In this document: positions 1 to 15,659 of the stretch, piece by piece | Position numbering within the stretch: position 1 is the stretch's first letter | Layout of the letters: each line of letters begins with the position of its first letter | NCBI RefSeq assembly: GCF_009914755.1 | Contig: NC_060940.1 | DNA length: 64,000 bases | From: the human T2T-CHM13v2.0 reference genome, Homo sapiens | Reading direction: 5' to 3' (one strand) | Notes under the pieces: model-generated | What the model saw: the letters and a program-made list of their open reading frames with translations, nothing else | What the model was told of the DNA's origin: nothing | Databases searched by the model: none | Program-made: the position numbers and the translations under genes

Positions 1-3000
1 AGTGGAATATTCTGTATTCCAGAATGAGTAGCTTTGTCTGTGCTGATACAGAGAAAGCTCTAAGATATATTAAATATATTTTATAACTAACAATACTCAG
101 GATCCGTTGTTAACATTTTTTAAAAGTATTGAAAAAAATGGTACAAGTAGAATGATATTATTTATGTATTAAACTATGTAAGTACAGATGTAAACATAAA
201 TATGATTTTATACATCAGAAATTTTCTAGAGAGAACAACGGAAAATTGCCCCAAACCTGGCCTGGGAAAGAACTGATGTCATTCACAACTTCCTTCTGGG
301 AAGAAATGGGTGTTTGTATGAAATGCATTAAGTTGATTTTCAGATAAACTTCAAGTCAACCCTCAGTCAACAATAAATGATTATTAACCAGTTATTCTTT
401 TTTCTTGTGTCCAGGCTGAGATTTCAGAAGTGAGGGAGCCTTTTAGTCTTCATTTCATGTGGTTTCATAATCTTTAAGTTTTGCCATTGCCAGTATTATT
501 TTAACAAATGTATTTGAGGATCAAACACATATCACGTCCAGGTTGTGGAGAAGCTTAAATGCCATGCGAAGAATCTGAAATTATCATGCAAGGAGGAGGG
601 GACAATGGAAGGTTTTGAGCCAGCAAATTCCTGAGCAAAAGTGTCATTTTTTACCTGGAACGAGTGACTTCCCTCCCACCCCCCTTGCCTGCCTGTGTTC
701 TCCTAAGCTTCTCCTAAAATGAGGTTTGGAAACTGCGGTTCTTTCAACTGAATACTCAGAATAGATTTAAACAGAAAATGACTGTGAAGAAAAATTATAA
801 AACAGTTTGAAGTGGGCAAAAAAAAGGTTATTGGATATCAATTGGAATGATTTCTCAATTAATATCAATTAATTTTATTAATTTTGTTGATTCGGATAAT
901 ATTCGATCAAGTATCAAAGGATTCTTCAATCAATTAATTTTATTTATTCCAATGATATCGAATCAAGTATCGGTGGATATTTCAATCAGTTAATTTTATT
1001 GATTCCAGTGATATGAATTGGAATGCTGAGAATTGTCTAGCAAGCCCTGCGGGGTCATCTGGTTCTGCAGAGCTGTGCGCTGCTGGAGCAGGCTGGTCAG
1101 CCACTCTGGACATTATAGAACACAGAGAGTAACACGCATGAGTCTCACCCCTAGGAATCCAAATTACGTCTGCCCTATGGAGATACAATTAATTCACCCT
1201 GTAGAAAACTTGGTTCCAAGCATTACATCTTCAGCCCTAGAGGCATAAACTAGGTGTGTGCCTATTCAGGAATTCATTTTGGTTCTTCCTGATTTCCTCA
1301 TGCCTGTGCTTCACATCCTTTGAGTCAGCTTTCATGTGTCAATCACTTATAAATGATGTATGTAAAATCTCTTAAATGTGTCCATTTGATACTTGCATAA
1401 GAGCCTTGATTTTACCTTTTGAAAGCTGTATCGTTTAGCATGGCCAAACCAGACCAGAAGAAATGAGGCAATAGCTCTGTTCCACAGTTATCGTCTATCG
1501 AGAGAGGAATTCAAGATGACCAGAATTTAGGGTCTGACTCATTTATGATCCAGCGTGTCAGGAAGCCGGTACCGGGAAAGACAGATGTGATCTGGAAACA
1601 GTTGAGGAGTCAGTTGGGCATGGAGTGGCAGGGGACTGCTCCAGATGTGGCAGAATGGGCTGGGGTGGGGTGAGGATGGAGGAAGAGCTGGGAACGAGAG
1701 AAAATCTGATTATCAGATGCACAAATCGCTGACAGACATGTTTCTGTAATTATAGGATTCTAAGCAGGACAGACAAAAATGAAGAGGTGAGGAGCTGGCT
1801 GTGGGGAAACTTGTTATTCTTGAATCTGAACAATGACGTGTTTTCTTGAAAGATAATCAGATAAGGAAGCAAAAGAGAGATTTGCTCTGAACTGCGCCCA
1901 AGCCCGTGATCGTGCAATATTTACATTAAATTCAAAAGTGAATGAAATGACAGGTCAGCCAACAGGAGAGTAGTTTTTGCCTGTAAAGGCACTCTTCTTA
2001 CCCGGACAAATGGGCAGGCTGTGTTTTGAAAAATAATAATCCAGGACAGAATGGGGAAGGGGTGAGCTTTTGTGGAAAGATCCAGTATCCGTGGATCATT
2101 TCAGTGTTTGTGACCTCGAGAAGGAAAAGGAGGGAAGCAGTCTGGGGCGTTTTCCTGGACTTTGGACATGGGCTCTGGATATGGCGTCGGGGGCCAGTGC
2201 GCGCAGGGCTGGCCGGGGGACAGACATCCACCAGAGCTGGTGTGCTCTTGGCTCTGTTCCCGCTGGACCTCCGTGAGATTGAAAGATTTTCCTAGAGGGA
2301 CAAGGGACTGAATCTTCTCCAGCTCTGCACCTCCTTTGAAGACATCAGAATAATGCTTCAGACTCAAACTCCCTGATTTTTCTTGTAAACAATGCAACCC
2401 AATTGGTTTAAAACTCTTATACGAGGAACAGAAGTTGTGTAGCATTGTGGTTAAACAAGGAGAGCTTGAAATCAGGGATCACATTCTTGCAACCTCTGCC
2501 TGTTGACATTGGGTTGGCTCAACTTTCCAAACCTTTGGTCTCTCATCTGGAAAGGGAGTGAACATCTCCCAGCATCGGGGCCAGTGAGTGGGCTGCGTGC
2601 TACCAGGCTTACCTGGAGCTCTCACTCGATGGCACTTACTCCAACACTATGGTGATCTTGATTGGTAGTAACGGTATTAAGGCAAAATGCAAAAGTTCAA
2701 TCTGATTGTTGCACCAGGATAGTAGGAGATTATTGATAATTATTTCTTCAAATCTGTCTTGAATTTTATTGCTTTGCTGTCTTTTCAGTTGTAAAATAAA
2801 ATAAAACTTGGATTCAACAGGAAGGGTAGGAATAATGATTTCTAGAACATTAAAATAATAGCACATAATACTTACTACATGCCGGCCATGGCTCCATTCA
2901 CCTCTCACAATAAATCTACGTGGCAGGGGCTCTCATGATCCCCATTTCACAGAAGGGGAAGCCACAACCCAGAAGGACAAATGAACCTGCCAGGAGGAGA

Positions 3001-4924
3001 CGGTGAGCAATTGGAACAAATGCCCAAGGGTCTGGCGCCGGGAATGGAAGGTCCCTTTGGTAAAGTACACATCAGTAAATAGAGACAGGGTAGATGGAAC
3101 ACTACACAGATGGAGACCTCTGGGTCACGAACAGGCCCTTCTGCACACCAGGTCTGAATGACTGCCTCTGAGCTGATTTAGACCCCCCACACTCCACAAA
3201 GATACCCAAGAGGCCTCTGGTTCCTGCACCTCCCAACTTGCCTTAAGACCAAATCTGTTCTGGTGGCCAGAAACCAACTCCCTCTCCCGTGGCACAGAAG
3301 AACTTCCAGCTTCCTTTATTAAGAAAGATTAAATGTCTTGTGAATATAGCAGTGCCCTGGCTGAGCTAGCGATGTGTCCACTGTGGACGCAGTGAAAGAC
3401 AGATTTCACCCTGGACAGACAGCTTGTCTCCTGCCCAGGGACAGTCCGAGCCAGCCACCAGGCAGGGGACCAATTAATTCATGAAGTCAGCTTGCGAGGC
3501 CCTCGCTAGCGAAGGCAGAAACTGTGCACATGGTTTTCCATTTATTCAGGAGGCAGCGGCAATGCCCAACAAGACAAACCAGCCGATTTGGTTGAGGTTG
3601 CCATCAATAGTGAGTGCCCCAGGTGCTGTCCAGGCAATGCTCACAGCCTCACAGGCTCCTGCCCCACTGGGGGCTTGGGAAGAGTTCAGCAGCGTCTGGA
3701 GGTCTGTGCATGAAGACATCCCCACAAGGCTGTGTTTGGGCACAAAAACTACACTTCTGTTTTGAGCTTCGGAACGCCTGGGCTCGGCTCAGCCAAGCTA
3801 ACAGAAAGACCTTTCATTAGGCTCTCAGGAGATATTTCCAAAAAAAAAAAAAAAAAAAAAAAAGGAAAGGAAAGTAGAGCCTTTCAAAGAAGAAAGTTCA
3901 GTGCTCAGCAAAAAAATGGTTTTTTTAGAATAAAAATTTAATCAATTTTTGTGGTTTCAATAAAAGCAAAGGATTTTGTGGTTTTCCCTCAAATTTTTCA
4001 CCATTTTCCATAAAAACAAAAGCCAATATTTGAAACCATTTTTCCCCCAATGAAAGTGGCAACGTTTCTGCCCAGGGACAGTTTCTTGGAGAAGTATCTT
4101 TGCAAGCTTCCAGGCTTGGGATCGCTGTGTTGGGGCCTGAGAATACATGGGGTTATTTCACCTGCAGCCAAGTGTGTGCACCTCGGATCACAGAAATGTG
4201 ATTCAGTTGGGAAATTCCACATGATGAGAAAAGATCACTTTTCTTTCAAGAGGTATAAAAAGTAGGCCATTTTACTTTCTAGGGAGCAGGACACAAAGGT
4301 CTGAAGGCGGTCGCTGCTATATGGGGGTTGTGTCCTCAGCAAGTCTGTTTGCAGAGAACAACAACAACAAAAAGCTCCCTTCTGATGCTCATTATAGACC
4401 CATGCATAGAATCGTCCTATTTGAGATCTCAAAGGAGCGTGGTTGAACTTTCTTATTTTGCATATGAAGAAGCTGAGGCTCACAGCGGCTGCAGGGCTGA
4501 CCCTACGACACAAAGATGATCCGCAGAGCTGCCACTCAAATCAAGGCCTCTTTGCCCACAGAGTTTTTTTGCTTCCCCGTCTCCTGAGCCCTCTCTTAGT
4601 AAAGCTTGTTTTTATCAACTCTTAATTCCTGGAACAAACATCATCTACACTTTTGGCAGCAAATTTTAACGTTTCTTGACTACCTAGGTCAAGAAATGAC
4701 TACCTAGGTCAAGAAATGACTACCTAGGTCAACAACTTTCAGCCTCTTGCATTTGAACTTTAGCAAAAGATTCTGAACTGCCACAAAAATATTCCTTTCA
4801 CACTGGGAGCGAGAAGGTTCCAGGAACTATTGAGGGCTCTCAATTGGTGAAGCAACCCAAGACTATCACCCTCTTCTGGATTTTTGCTTCCCTGCATTTA
4901 ATGTCAAGAGCAACATTTTCCTAG

Positions 4925-5325
<401 letters not shown>

Positions 5326-6098
5326 CTCCTCAGTCTAGATGTTTTAATGTAGTTTCTGTCTTTGCCACTTTACTCTCTTCTCACTTGCCTTTTATTCTGG
5401 GTTAATGCTTTTTATGCCTTGTATTTTTAAGTAAAACATTTTCATTTTTTTCTGAAAATGGATAAAGAATAAATATGAAAAATAAATACTTGTTATCTCA
5501 GATCTCAAACCAAAATAAGTGACAAAATCCCTCAATTCTAGATAGCCAAATGCAAGGAAAACTCAAAAGTAATTACAAAAAGAACTCCCCCATGCACACA
5601 CACATAAAAAAGCTGGCAAAAGAAATCCAATATGTTCGTTAATGGCCAGTCCTTTAGAAAATCACAAAGTTGTCATCGTAAACCTCCTGTCTTACTCTGG
5701 TGGTTAACCACCACACAAAGGCAGCAAAGCACATCTCTAATTCTTAACCTTGAGCCTGTGTACACTTTATCCCTCTGCGCTCAGGATGTCAGCACTGGAA
5801 AACCCCTGAGCACCAACTCCAGCTCCACCATTTCTCAGATGAGGAGCCTAAGCCCCAGAGAGGGCAAGCAACTTCTCAACGGCCACACAGCTTGGAAGCT
5901 GCGAAGCTGAGGGTTCTTTCTAGAGTATCATGCCCTCCTTCTTCAACGTGCCTGATTCCACCAAACCATGTGAGAGACTCAGGAATTTAAATCACTGACA
6001 TGAGTAGTTTTGTTTTTGTTTTTTCAGGCCAACCTAAAAGGTAAAAGGAAAAAGACTGCTTCTACTGGCTGGTCCATGACAATACCCAAACTTGTGCT

Positions 6099-6121
6099 TT
6101 CTCTCTCTCTCTCTCTCCGTA

Positions 6122-6162
<41 letters not shown>
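6099..6162 (+). repeat. (CT)n(GT)n compound microsatellite
   Basis: Directly visible. Confidence 0.95.
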
Positions 6163-6167
<5 letters not shown>

Positions 6168-8139
6168 CTTTATAACTAAACTATAGGAAATTGTTGCTAA
6201 AACAAGCTGTGACACCTTCAGTTAACATTTTTTATTGGATAAATGCTCAACAAGAGTCTACCCAGCACCACGGAGGTGGAGAGCAGTAAACAAAACAGAG
6301 AATTGTGGGACCCCCAGGGAGCTCACAGGTCAACCCCAGGAAGCTTACGTCTGAGGAAAAAAAAATACCGTGCCCAACCGAATGTCTCCACATAAACTCT
6401 AAACTCTGCTTGATGTGGACTGGAGAGAGAAACCCCCAGCCCCTCAATGAAACCAATTTCTTTTTTAACACAGAGAAAGGAAAGCTTGGCTTTCCATTAG
6501 CGGTTGTTTCTGTAAGGTGAATTAAAACAATGTGATCATTTAAACTTTCCCCCACGAAATATGCGGTATCAGAGGAATGTCCGTGCACAGCTGGGAAAGC
6601 TTGGACGGGCTGCATTCGCACGCTCCACACCCCTGGGTCTCTGCTGAATCCTGCCTTAGTGTCTGCTGAAAACTTAGCGTCAAATAAAATGGCTTCCCGG
6701 AAACCTGCGACCCACAAAGACAGGCTTGGGATCCAGAACATTAGTTTTCTGTGTGTTCGTGGAAAATGATTGATTTAAATATGCCGAGAACGTCTTAGTG
6801 GTAAAAGTGAGTGGATTTTTTTTTTTTAAGGAAAATTTTATTGGGAATATTTTTTCCCCTTAGGTGTGAAATTTGGCAGGTAACTGCATTCTCTGATGGA
6901 CTGTTGAAGACTCGGTTAATTAGAAATAAGATTCAGGTCCAAGGTAAACATCTTGAGCCTGCTAAGTCTTCTTAGGATGTTTGTCTGAAATGCTTCTGAA
7001 AATAGTATAGCTTTCTATAAAGAAATCTTAACCGATGTTCATCAGTGGAGTTGACTATGTTCTAACCCAGCCCTTACCAAATTGGTATTAGATGAGGGAT
7101 TAGTCTCTGATTTTATGTGAAAATCCCAAGAGGAAAAGCAGCTCCAACCACGGCTTTCATATCCATTTTTCAGAAATAAGGCCTAAAGGCTCAGCAACTG
7201 CACCTCTTTAATCAAAGCAGTGGGAGACTGTTCAACCAGCTCCCCGGTGGCTCGGTTCCGAAAATCAGGGCAGCTAATTGCCCACTGTTTGTTGACACAA
7301 TCGATCGTGCAGACAGGAGACAAACAGCAAGACATCCACAGAATTTCCGTAGGTTGAGATACTCAATGCTTATCTGTGCATCACGCAGCCGGGGCCCCCT
7401 CTGCTTTGGAATGGTCTCATCGGCTCTGTCCAGTTTCCCACAGTCCTTCTCTCTATCTTCCAAGTCTGTGAGGAACACACAGTGAGGGTGGCACCCCTGG
7501 ATTTGGGGGAACCATGCCTCAAGCAGCCCTAGATCCTTCTGCCCTGGACACAAAGGAAGCCGCTTAGTCTTTTCTGAGCACCCTCCCAGGGCTGGGTACC
7601 AGGAAGTACGTTCCCTCCATTTTCAGAAGGATGAGGCAAGGTGCAGGAAAGCTGAGCAAATTGCTCTCCCATCCATGACCAGGTGAAACGGGGATTGAAC
7701 CCAGCAGTTTTGACTTCAGAGCCCTGCTCGCTCCACCCTCCAACAGTGGGCCCATTGTCCTCATAGGAACAGACTCACTGAAGCATTTATTGAACAACCA
7801 AGAGTCCTAGCCGTCATGGAGGATATGAGGAAACAAAGCCCTCAGCCCTAACCTGCTGAAAACAAGCCCAGGAAAGGTGGGATGGATATACAAGTCAACA
7901 TGCAAGTAGACATTTTAGGAAAATAAAATGAAAGGAACCATGGAGAAGAGGTTTCTAAAGAAAGTCCCTAGAAGAAAAGCACGACAGTTATTAAAGTAAG
8001 GAAGCAACAACAATTGGCAGACAACTAAAAAGAGATCACCCCCATTTCTGACTGGCAGAGGTCATGTATCAGATGTCTTTCTCTGATAATAAACATTTTC
8101 TAATCACGTAACGTTTTTTAACATTCAAAATTCTCCCCC

Positions 8140-9519
<1,380 letters not shown>

Positions 9520-9569
9520 TATTTGTCAGTTTTTTTAATCTCCCCCGTGTAGCCCCAGCAAGCTCCTTT

Positions 9570-9875
9570 CTGGTGATTAAATTATCCTGTATCCTGATGG
9601 TGGTAGTGGTTACACAGATCTATACAAGAGACCAAGAGCACAGCAACACACACACACACACACAAACACACATACGCGTGTAAAAACCAGTGGAATCTGA
9701 ACAAGGTCTGGAGTCTAGTATTGTCCCAATGTCAATTTCCTGGGGCTGCTATTTTGCAGCAGTTACATAAGACACCCCCACTGGGGAGAGCTGCAGGGAG
9801 GGCTCGGGAGATCCTTCGTACTATTTTTGTAATTTCCTATGAAGCTATAGTCATTTCAAAAGTAAAAGTGAAAAA
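9570..9875 (+). mobile_element. Old L1M 3' UTR fragment
   Basis: CTGTATCCTGATGGTGGTAGTGGTTACACAGATCTATAC...CAATGTCAATTTCCTGG. Confidence 0.7.
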
Positions 9876-10451
9876 CAAAATCCCTCCCACAATTTCATCT
9901 ATTCCAATACATTTCTTGCCACTTAATTTGGGTTGCACTATTTGTAACTGGTAACACACCTAAAATTATTTTGGTAATGAGGAGGCTGAAATGTTTGGGC
10001 TTCCAGTGTGTTTTCAGAGGTTTTGTTTGGGAGAGAGGCGAGGAAATAACCCCATGCCCTTTCTGCAAATGGAGCAACTGAGGCTTTGCTGAGATTCATC
10101 CACGAGATTGGGCACTCGGAGTAAGGAGCCACGTTGACTGCACTCACCCCTGCATTGCCTGCCCCACCACTGAACCGAGCACCCGGCAGACACAATCAAA
10201 TTTCAGTAAATGAATACATCATTTACGACAGTCACCCACCATCCCACTGGTAACTCCACAGATGAGCAATGGCAAGCCAAAACTCAAGAGAGACACCAGG
10301 AAGGTTTAGACAACATGCCAGAAACTGTCCCTGAGAAAAGGGGAGCCGAGGCTTTGTGAGCAACACAAGCCGAGTCACTACAGACAAATTAGTGACCTTC
10401 TAGTTCAGCTGGCCAGGGTGGACCAGCAACTCTGTTAAACAGGAACCTGTC

Positions 10452-10521
10452 GGCCGGGCATGGTGGCTCACGCCTGTAATCCCAGCACTCTGGGAGGCCG
10501 AGGTGGGTGGATCTCTTGAGG
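10452..10521 (+). mobile_element. Alu 5' fragment (first ~70 nt) fused directly to L1
   Basis: GGCCGGGCATGGTGGCTCACGCCTGTAATCCCAGCAC...CTTGAGGT, then an abrupt switch to L1 sequence. Confidence 0.9.
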
Positions 10522-11160
10522 TTGGGAGAAAAGGGAATGCTCACACACTGCTGGTGGGGCCGTATAGTTCCGCCACTGTGGAAAGAAGTGCAGCAATTTC
10601 TCAAAGAACTTAAGGCAGAACTACCATCCAACCCAGCAATCCCATAATGGGGTATATACCCAAAGGAATATAAATCATTCTACAGGAAGGACGTATGCAC
10701 ACGTGTGTTCATCACAGCATTATTCACAATAGCAAAGTCACAGAATCAATCTAAGTGTCCATCAGCAGTAGACTGGATAAAGAAAATGTGGTATATACAC
10801 ACCATGGAATACTGTGCAGCCATAATAAAGAACAAGATCATGTCCTTTGCAGCAACATGGATGGAGCTGGAGGCCATTATCCTAAGCAAACTAACACAGG
10901 AACAGAAAATCAAATACCACATGTTCTCACTTATAAGTAGGAGATAAATATTGAGTATGTATGGACAAAAAGAAGGGATCAATAGATACTGGGGCCTATG
11001 TGAGGGTAGAGGGTGAGAGGAGGGAGAGGATCGAAAAACTACCTCTCAGATATTATGCTTATTACCTGGGTGGTGAAATAATCTTTACAGCAAACGCGCA
11101 TGACATGCAACTTGCCTATATAATGAAGCTACACATGTACCCTAAACCTAAAAGTTTCTA
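10517..11160 (+). mobile_element. L1 (old L1PA/L1PB) ORF2 end and 3' UTR
   Basis: ORF 10705-10947 (FITALFTIAK...WIKKMWYIHTMEY...) is the L1 ORF2 C-terminal region, followed by typical 3' UTR. Confidence 0.92.
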
Positions 11161-12638
11161 AAAAGTTTTTTTTAAATATTTATGACATTTGTAAAACAAT
11201 TGTAAATATTTAAAAAAAAAGATGTTGCCATGGCCATATAACTCCATTTGGAGAGATCTATCCTAACAACATAGCCCAAAAGAAAGAAAAAGCAATTGTT
11301 GGCAGAAAATGATGTGGAAGAAATGGTTTTTACCATCAATGCCAACACAAAAAGGCTCACTTTCTTCAACACCTATAAAATTAGAAAATAATGGGACTGA
11401 GCTTGGCACTAACACAGGTAGGGTCTCAGCATGGGGATTTGCATATAGTGAGCACCCCACGGATGGAATATACTCATCAGTCTGTGAGCAACTTGACCGC
11501 AAGACCCAGCTGTAGTTCATCTCTGTATTCCCACCCCTGCCAGCATGCTATCAGCACATTTCACTAAATACTCACTTAAAGGATACTTAACATATCCAGT
11601 TAGATTATATTTAATGCAATGGATAAGTCCAGATTTTACCAGTGGGATATTCAACCAAAATTAATTTTAAGTGTATACTTATGCCAAAAATATTATGAGA
11701 TTGAGCCCTTAATAATCTGGCCAATTTTAAATCCTTGGGGTTCTTGGATGTGTTTATCTTCCTTCAGCCAAACACAATTAGTTCACGTGAAAGGATGAAG
11801 AACACTAGGAGTGTGTGAACACACAGAAGTGCCAAGGCCAGCAGTGAACTTGGGCAAGAGGCTGGAGGGATCATTGCAGCTGCATGGACTTCCGCAGAAA
11901 AGATTCAATCGACTGAGATAACGGGGCTGAAAGGGCTCAGCCAAGTGCAGAGTGAAATAGATGGAGGTCCCCTACACACGGCTGACTCCAGGAGCTGAGA
12001 GGGGCAGGAACCCGCCAACAGGAAGACCCTGAGGGAAGCCCCTCAAGGTACACAGCAGTCTTTGGGAATCACACCCAACACTGAACCTAAAAGAGGTGAA
12101 AAAAAAAAATCTGATCCACCCGAAGGCCATGTGGGATGCCTGCACCTTCCCTCTAACTTCCAAGAGGCTGCATCTTCAGAATAGGGGAGCAAATGCTAAG
12201 AACAATTTTAAGGTCTTCAGAAGAATTAGAAAATGCAACCACCATTATGAGAAACTGACCAATGAGAAGCTAGAATGTCATCTGAGAAAGTCCCAGCTGC
12301 CCTTTCATAAGCTTTGAGAACCTGTGAAAGGTACAGCTAAGCACGTGGGCTGCAGAGTCCAACCACCTGGCTCAACCATCCTCAGCATGGTGCCTAGAAT
12401 ACGTGCTCATATCCAGGTATGGATACAGCACATTCCAGGCAGGTGCTCAATCAACAGCAGTTACATGTTATTGCCAAGACACCCTTTCTCATCTCTTTGT
12501 GGGAGGCAGCAATGTCTCCAGCTGGGTCGTTAGAGAGAATGGTTCTGGGTGTGAAGGGGAATCCAGAGCTTCCACATCCTGATGGCTTCTTCATCAAATT
12601 GAAAATCAAGTGACAGAACTCTCAAAGCTGGACCATGA

Positions 12639-13131
<493 letters not shown>

Positions 13132-13471
13132 TGAGGACAAGGGGAGGGGTATGGGGGCAAACATCTGGGGTTCCCCAGAACCTCCTTGATCAAGACAGGC
13201 ATTGAAGTCCCACTCACATACCTCATAACACTCAAAGATTAACCAAGACAATAGACATAAAGAATGAAAAACTATTTTTAAGCCAAAGCCCGCCCTTAGT
13301 CTGCCTCATAGTTCAAGAGATGCCAAATTATGTATCATTCATAGATGCACAGATAAGAGTGCCTGCATGGTGGCAGCCAGCCCCTCGCCACATCCTCACT
13401 GCAAAATGATGTCGTCGAAACCTGCTCTCACCCAACAGAAATGTGGGCATGTGCTCACCAAAAAACACGTA

Positions 13472-13550
13472 TTAGATGAGTCATGTGGAATTGCCATGTT
13501 GGTGGGTCGAAAGTAGTTGTATGCCTGCACTCCCCCATAGTCAGGTCTAA
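13472..13550. mobile_element. Diverged MADE2-like mariner MITE
   Basis: About 80 bp, TTAGATGAGTCATGTGGAATTGCC...GTCAGGTCTAA, collinear with recalled MADE2 consensus. Confidence 0.55.
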
Positions 13551-14024
13551 CGCGATTTATAATAGCTCTGAACTAGACACTATTCAAATGCCCATCAGCA
13601 ATAGAATGGATAAAAAGTCAAGGGAGAGGCTTGCCATGGAGTAGTAGACAGCAGTGAAAAGGAGCCACCTACGACCATGCCCAATGGCACCAATGAATCT
13701 CACAGATACAACGCTGAGTGAAAGAAGCCAGACACAGAAAGATGAACAAACAGGAAAAACCGTGGTGACCACCAGAGTGGACACCTCTAGTGAGAAGAAA
13801 TGGGGGTGATGGGAGTGCACATGAGGCTTTCCCAGGGCTGGCCACTGATTGCCACTGAGTCTGGGACTGATTACATGGGTGGATTCACGCTGTGAAAATT
13901 TGGTGCACTGACAAGTATCATTGGTGCACATATCTGCATGTAGGTTTTACTTCCATAAAATGTTTTCTCAAGAGACATGGAAGAAACTTAAATGCATAAA
14001 AATGCATAAGAAAGAAGCCAGCCT

Positions 14025-14340
14025 GGCCAGGTGCAGTGGCTCATGCCTGTAATCCCAATACTTTGGGAGGCCGAGGGGGGCAGATCACTTGAAGTCAGGA
14101 ATTCAAGACCAGCCTAGCCAACATAGTGAAAGCCCATCTCTACTAAAAATACAAAAATTAGCCAGGCATGGTGGTGGGCACCTGTAATCCCAGCTACTCA
14201 GGAGCCTGAAGCAGGAGAATTGCTTGAACCTGGGAAGGCGGAGGTTGCAGTGAGCCAAGATTGTACCACTGCACTCCAGCCTGGGCAACAGAGTGAGACT
14301 CCGTCTCAAAAAACAAACAAACAAACAAAACGAAAGAAAG
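14025..14340 (+). mobile_element. AluS
   Basis: Full Alu; TSD AAGAAAGAAGCCAGCCT. Confidence 0.95.
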
Positions 14341-15659
14341 AAAGAAGCCAGCCTGAAAAGGCCGCACGCTATATGATTCCCAGCTCTAGGACATTCTGGA
14401 AAAGGCAAAACTATGGAGACAGTAAAAAGATCAGGGTTGGCAGGGTGAAAGGGAACAGGGGGAGGGATGAATAGGCAGAGCACAGAGGATGTTTAGAGAC
14501 GTGAAACTCCTCTGTGGATACTACAATGCTGGAGACTTGTCAGGATGCATGCGTCCAAACCCACAGCATGTTCAACACAAAGGGAAGCCTCGTGTAAACT
14601 GTGCACTTCATTCAATAACAATGTGTCAATGCTGGCTCATCACCTGTCAGACGTGTACCACACTAAGGCAAGATGGTAACAGTACGGGAGGCTGAGGGGG
14701 AGGCGGTGCATGGGAACTCTACTAAGGGCTTCACTTTTCGAAAAATTGCAGTAAACAGTCTATTGACACAAGAAAAAAAAAGAAAAAATCTGTGAGCTAG
14801 TTCATGATCTCAAACAAAAGGAGCATTAACAAGTGAAAAAATTATCTGAAACATTTGTAACAAATAGGCACAGGGGAAACTGGACAAATGTGTCCCTCTC
14901 TCCACCCTCCGGAAATACATCCTGGGGTGCCCTGTTTCACCGCTCCACAGCAAGGACAAGGAACCCCAATGGGCATCCAAAGCAGCCACAGTGAACCTCC
15001 CTCCTTCAGTGTCCGTCCTCTTTCCTCCTTCCTCAGTCTCGTAGATTCACTGTCTTTGTGCAGCCAGACTGGCTTTATTTCTACCTTTCTTGCTGCATGC
15101 ACGGAATGCTTTACACCAAAGGAAAATTATACGGTGCAAACATTTATTCAGAAACATGGTTTGCAGTGCTACCTCCCTGGAGTACTTGGCCAGGAATGAA
15201 AGCCGGGTACACACTGCCGCTGGCGGAGGACAGGAGATGGAATCCTTTGCTCAATATAGTTCCAGCTTTTATGAGGCAGCTTTAGTGGGAATGTGTCAAC
15301 TTCTCACCTGAAGCCCAGGCTGAAAAGAGCCCTGCCCTGCAAAGCCAGGCAAGTGTCGGGCCGCAAAGAAGGGGCAAGAAAGTGGGAGGCGGAGAGGGGG
15401 TCTTGGTGACCAAATGACACCCTCGGGGGCTTTCATCTCAGCTTCAAAGGGAAAGAATAAAATGAAAAGGGGGTGGGGATGGGCAGCAGTACTCACTGGG
15501 TCACAAGCAGGTGGGTCACTCTTGTCCTGGACCGTAAGGCCACGGGCATGGGGATGTTGGTGCCTCAGACACACCGTGCCAATGCTTGGAGCAGCCCTGA
15601 TTCCAAAATCACGCTCCCCCTTCAACCCTGGCACTGCCTCTCCCTGCTTTATTTTCTCC

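Larger units (their letters stand above)
13430..14760 (+). mobile_element. L1M fragments carrying a MADE2-like and an AluS insertion
   Basis: CAAATGCCCATCAGCAATAGAATGGATAAA and GGAAAAGGCAAAACTATGGAGACAGTAAAAAGATCAG motifs. Confidence 0.75.

Noticed and set aside
3840-3863. Orphan poly(A) tract as a retrocopy tail
   Set aside because: No upstream recognisable element, poly(A) signal or TSD.
6261-6290. REST/RE1-like CAGCACCACGGA
   Set aside because: The right half-site does not match at canonical spacing.
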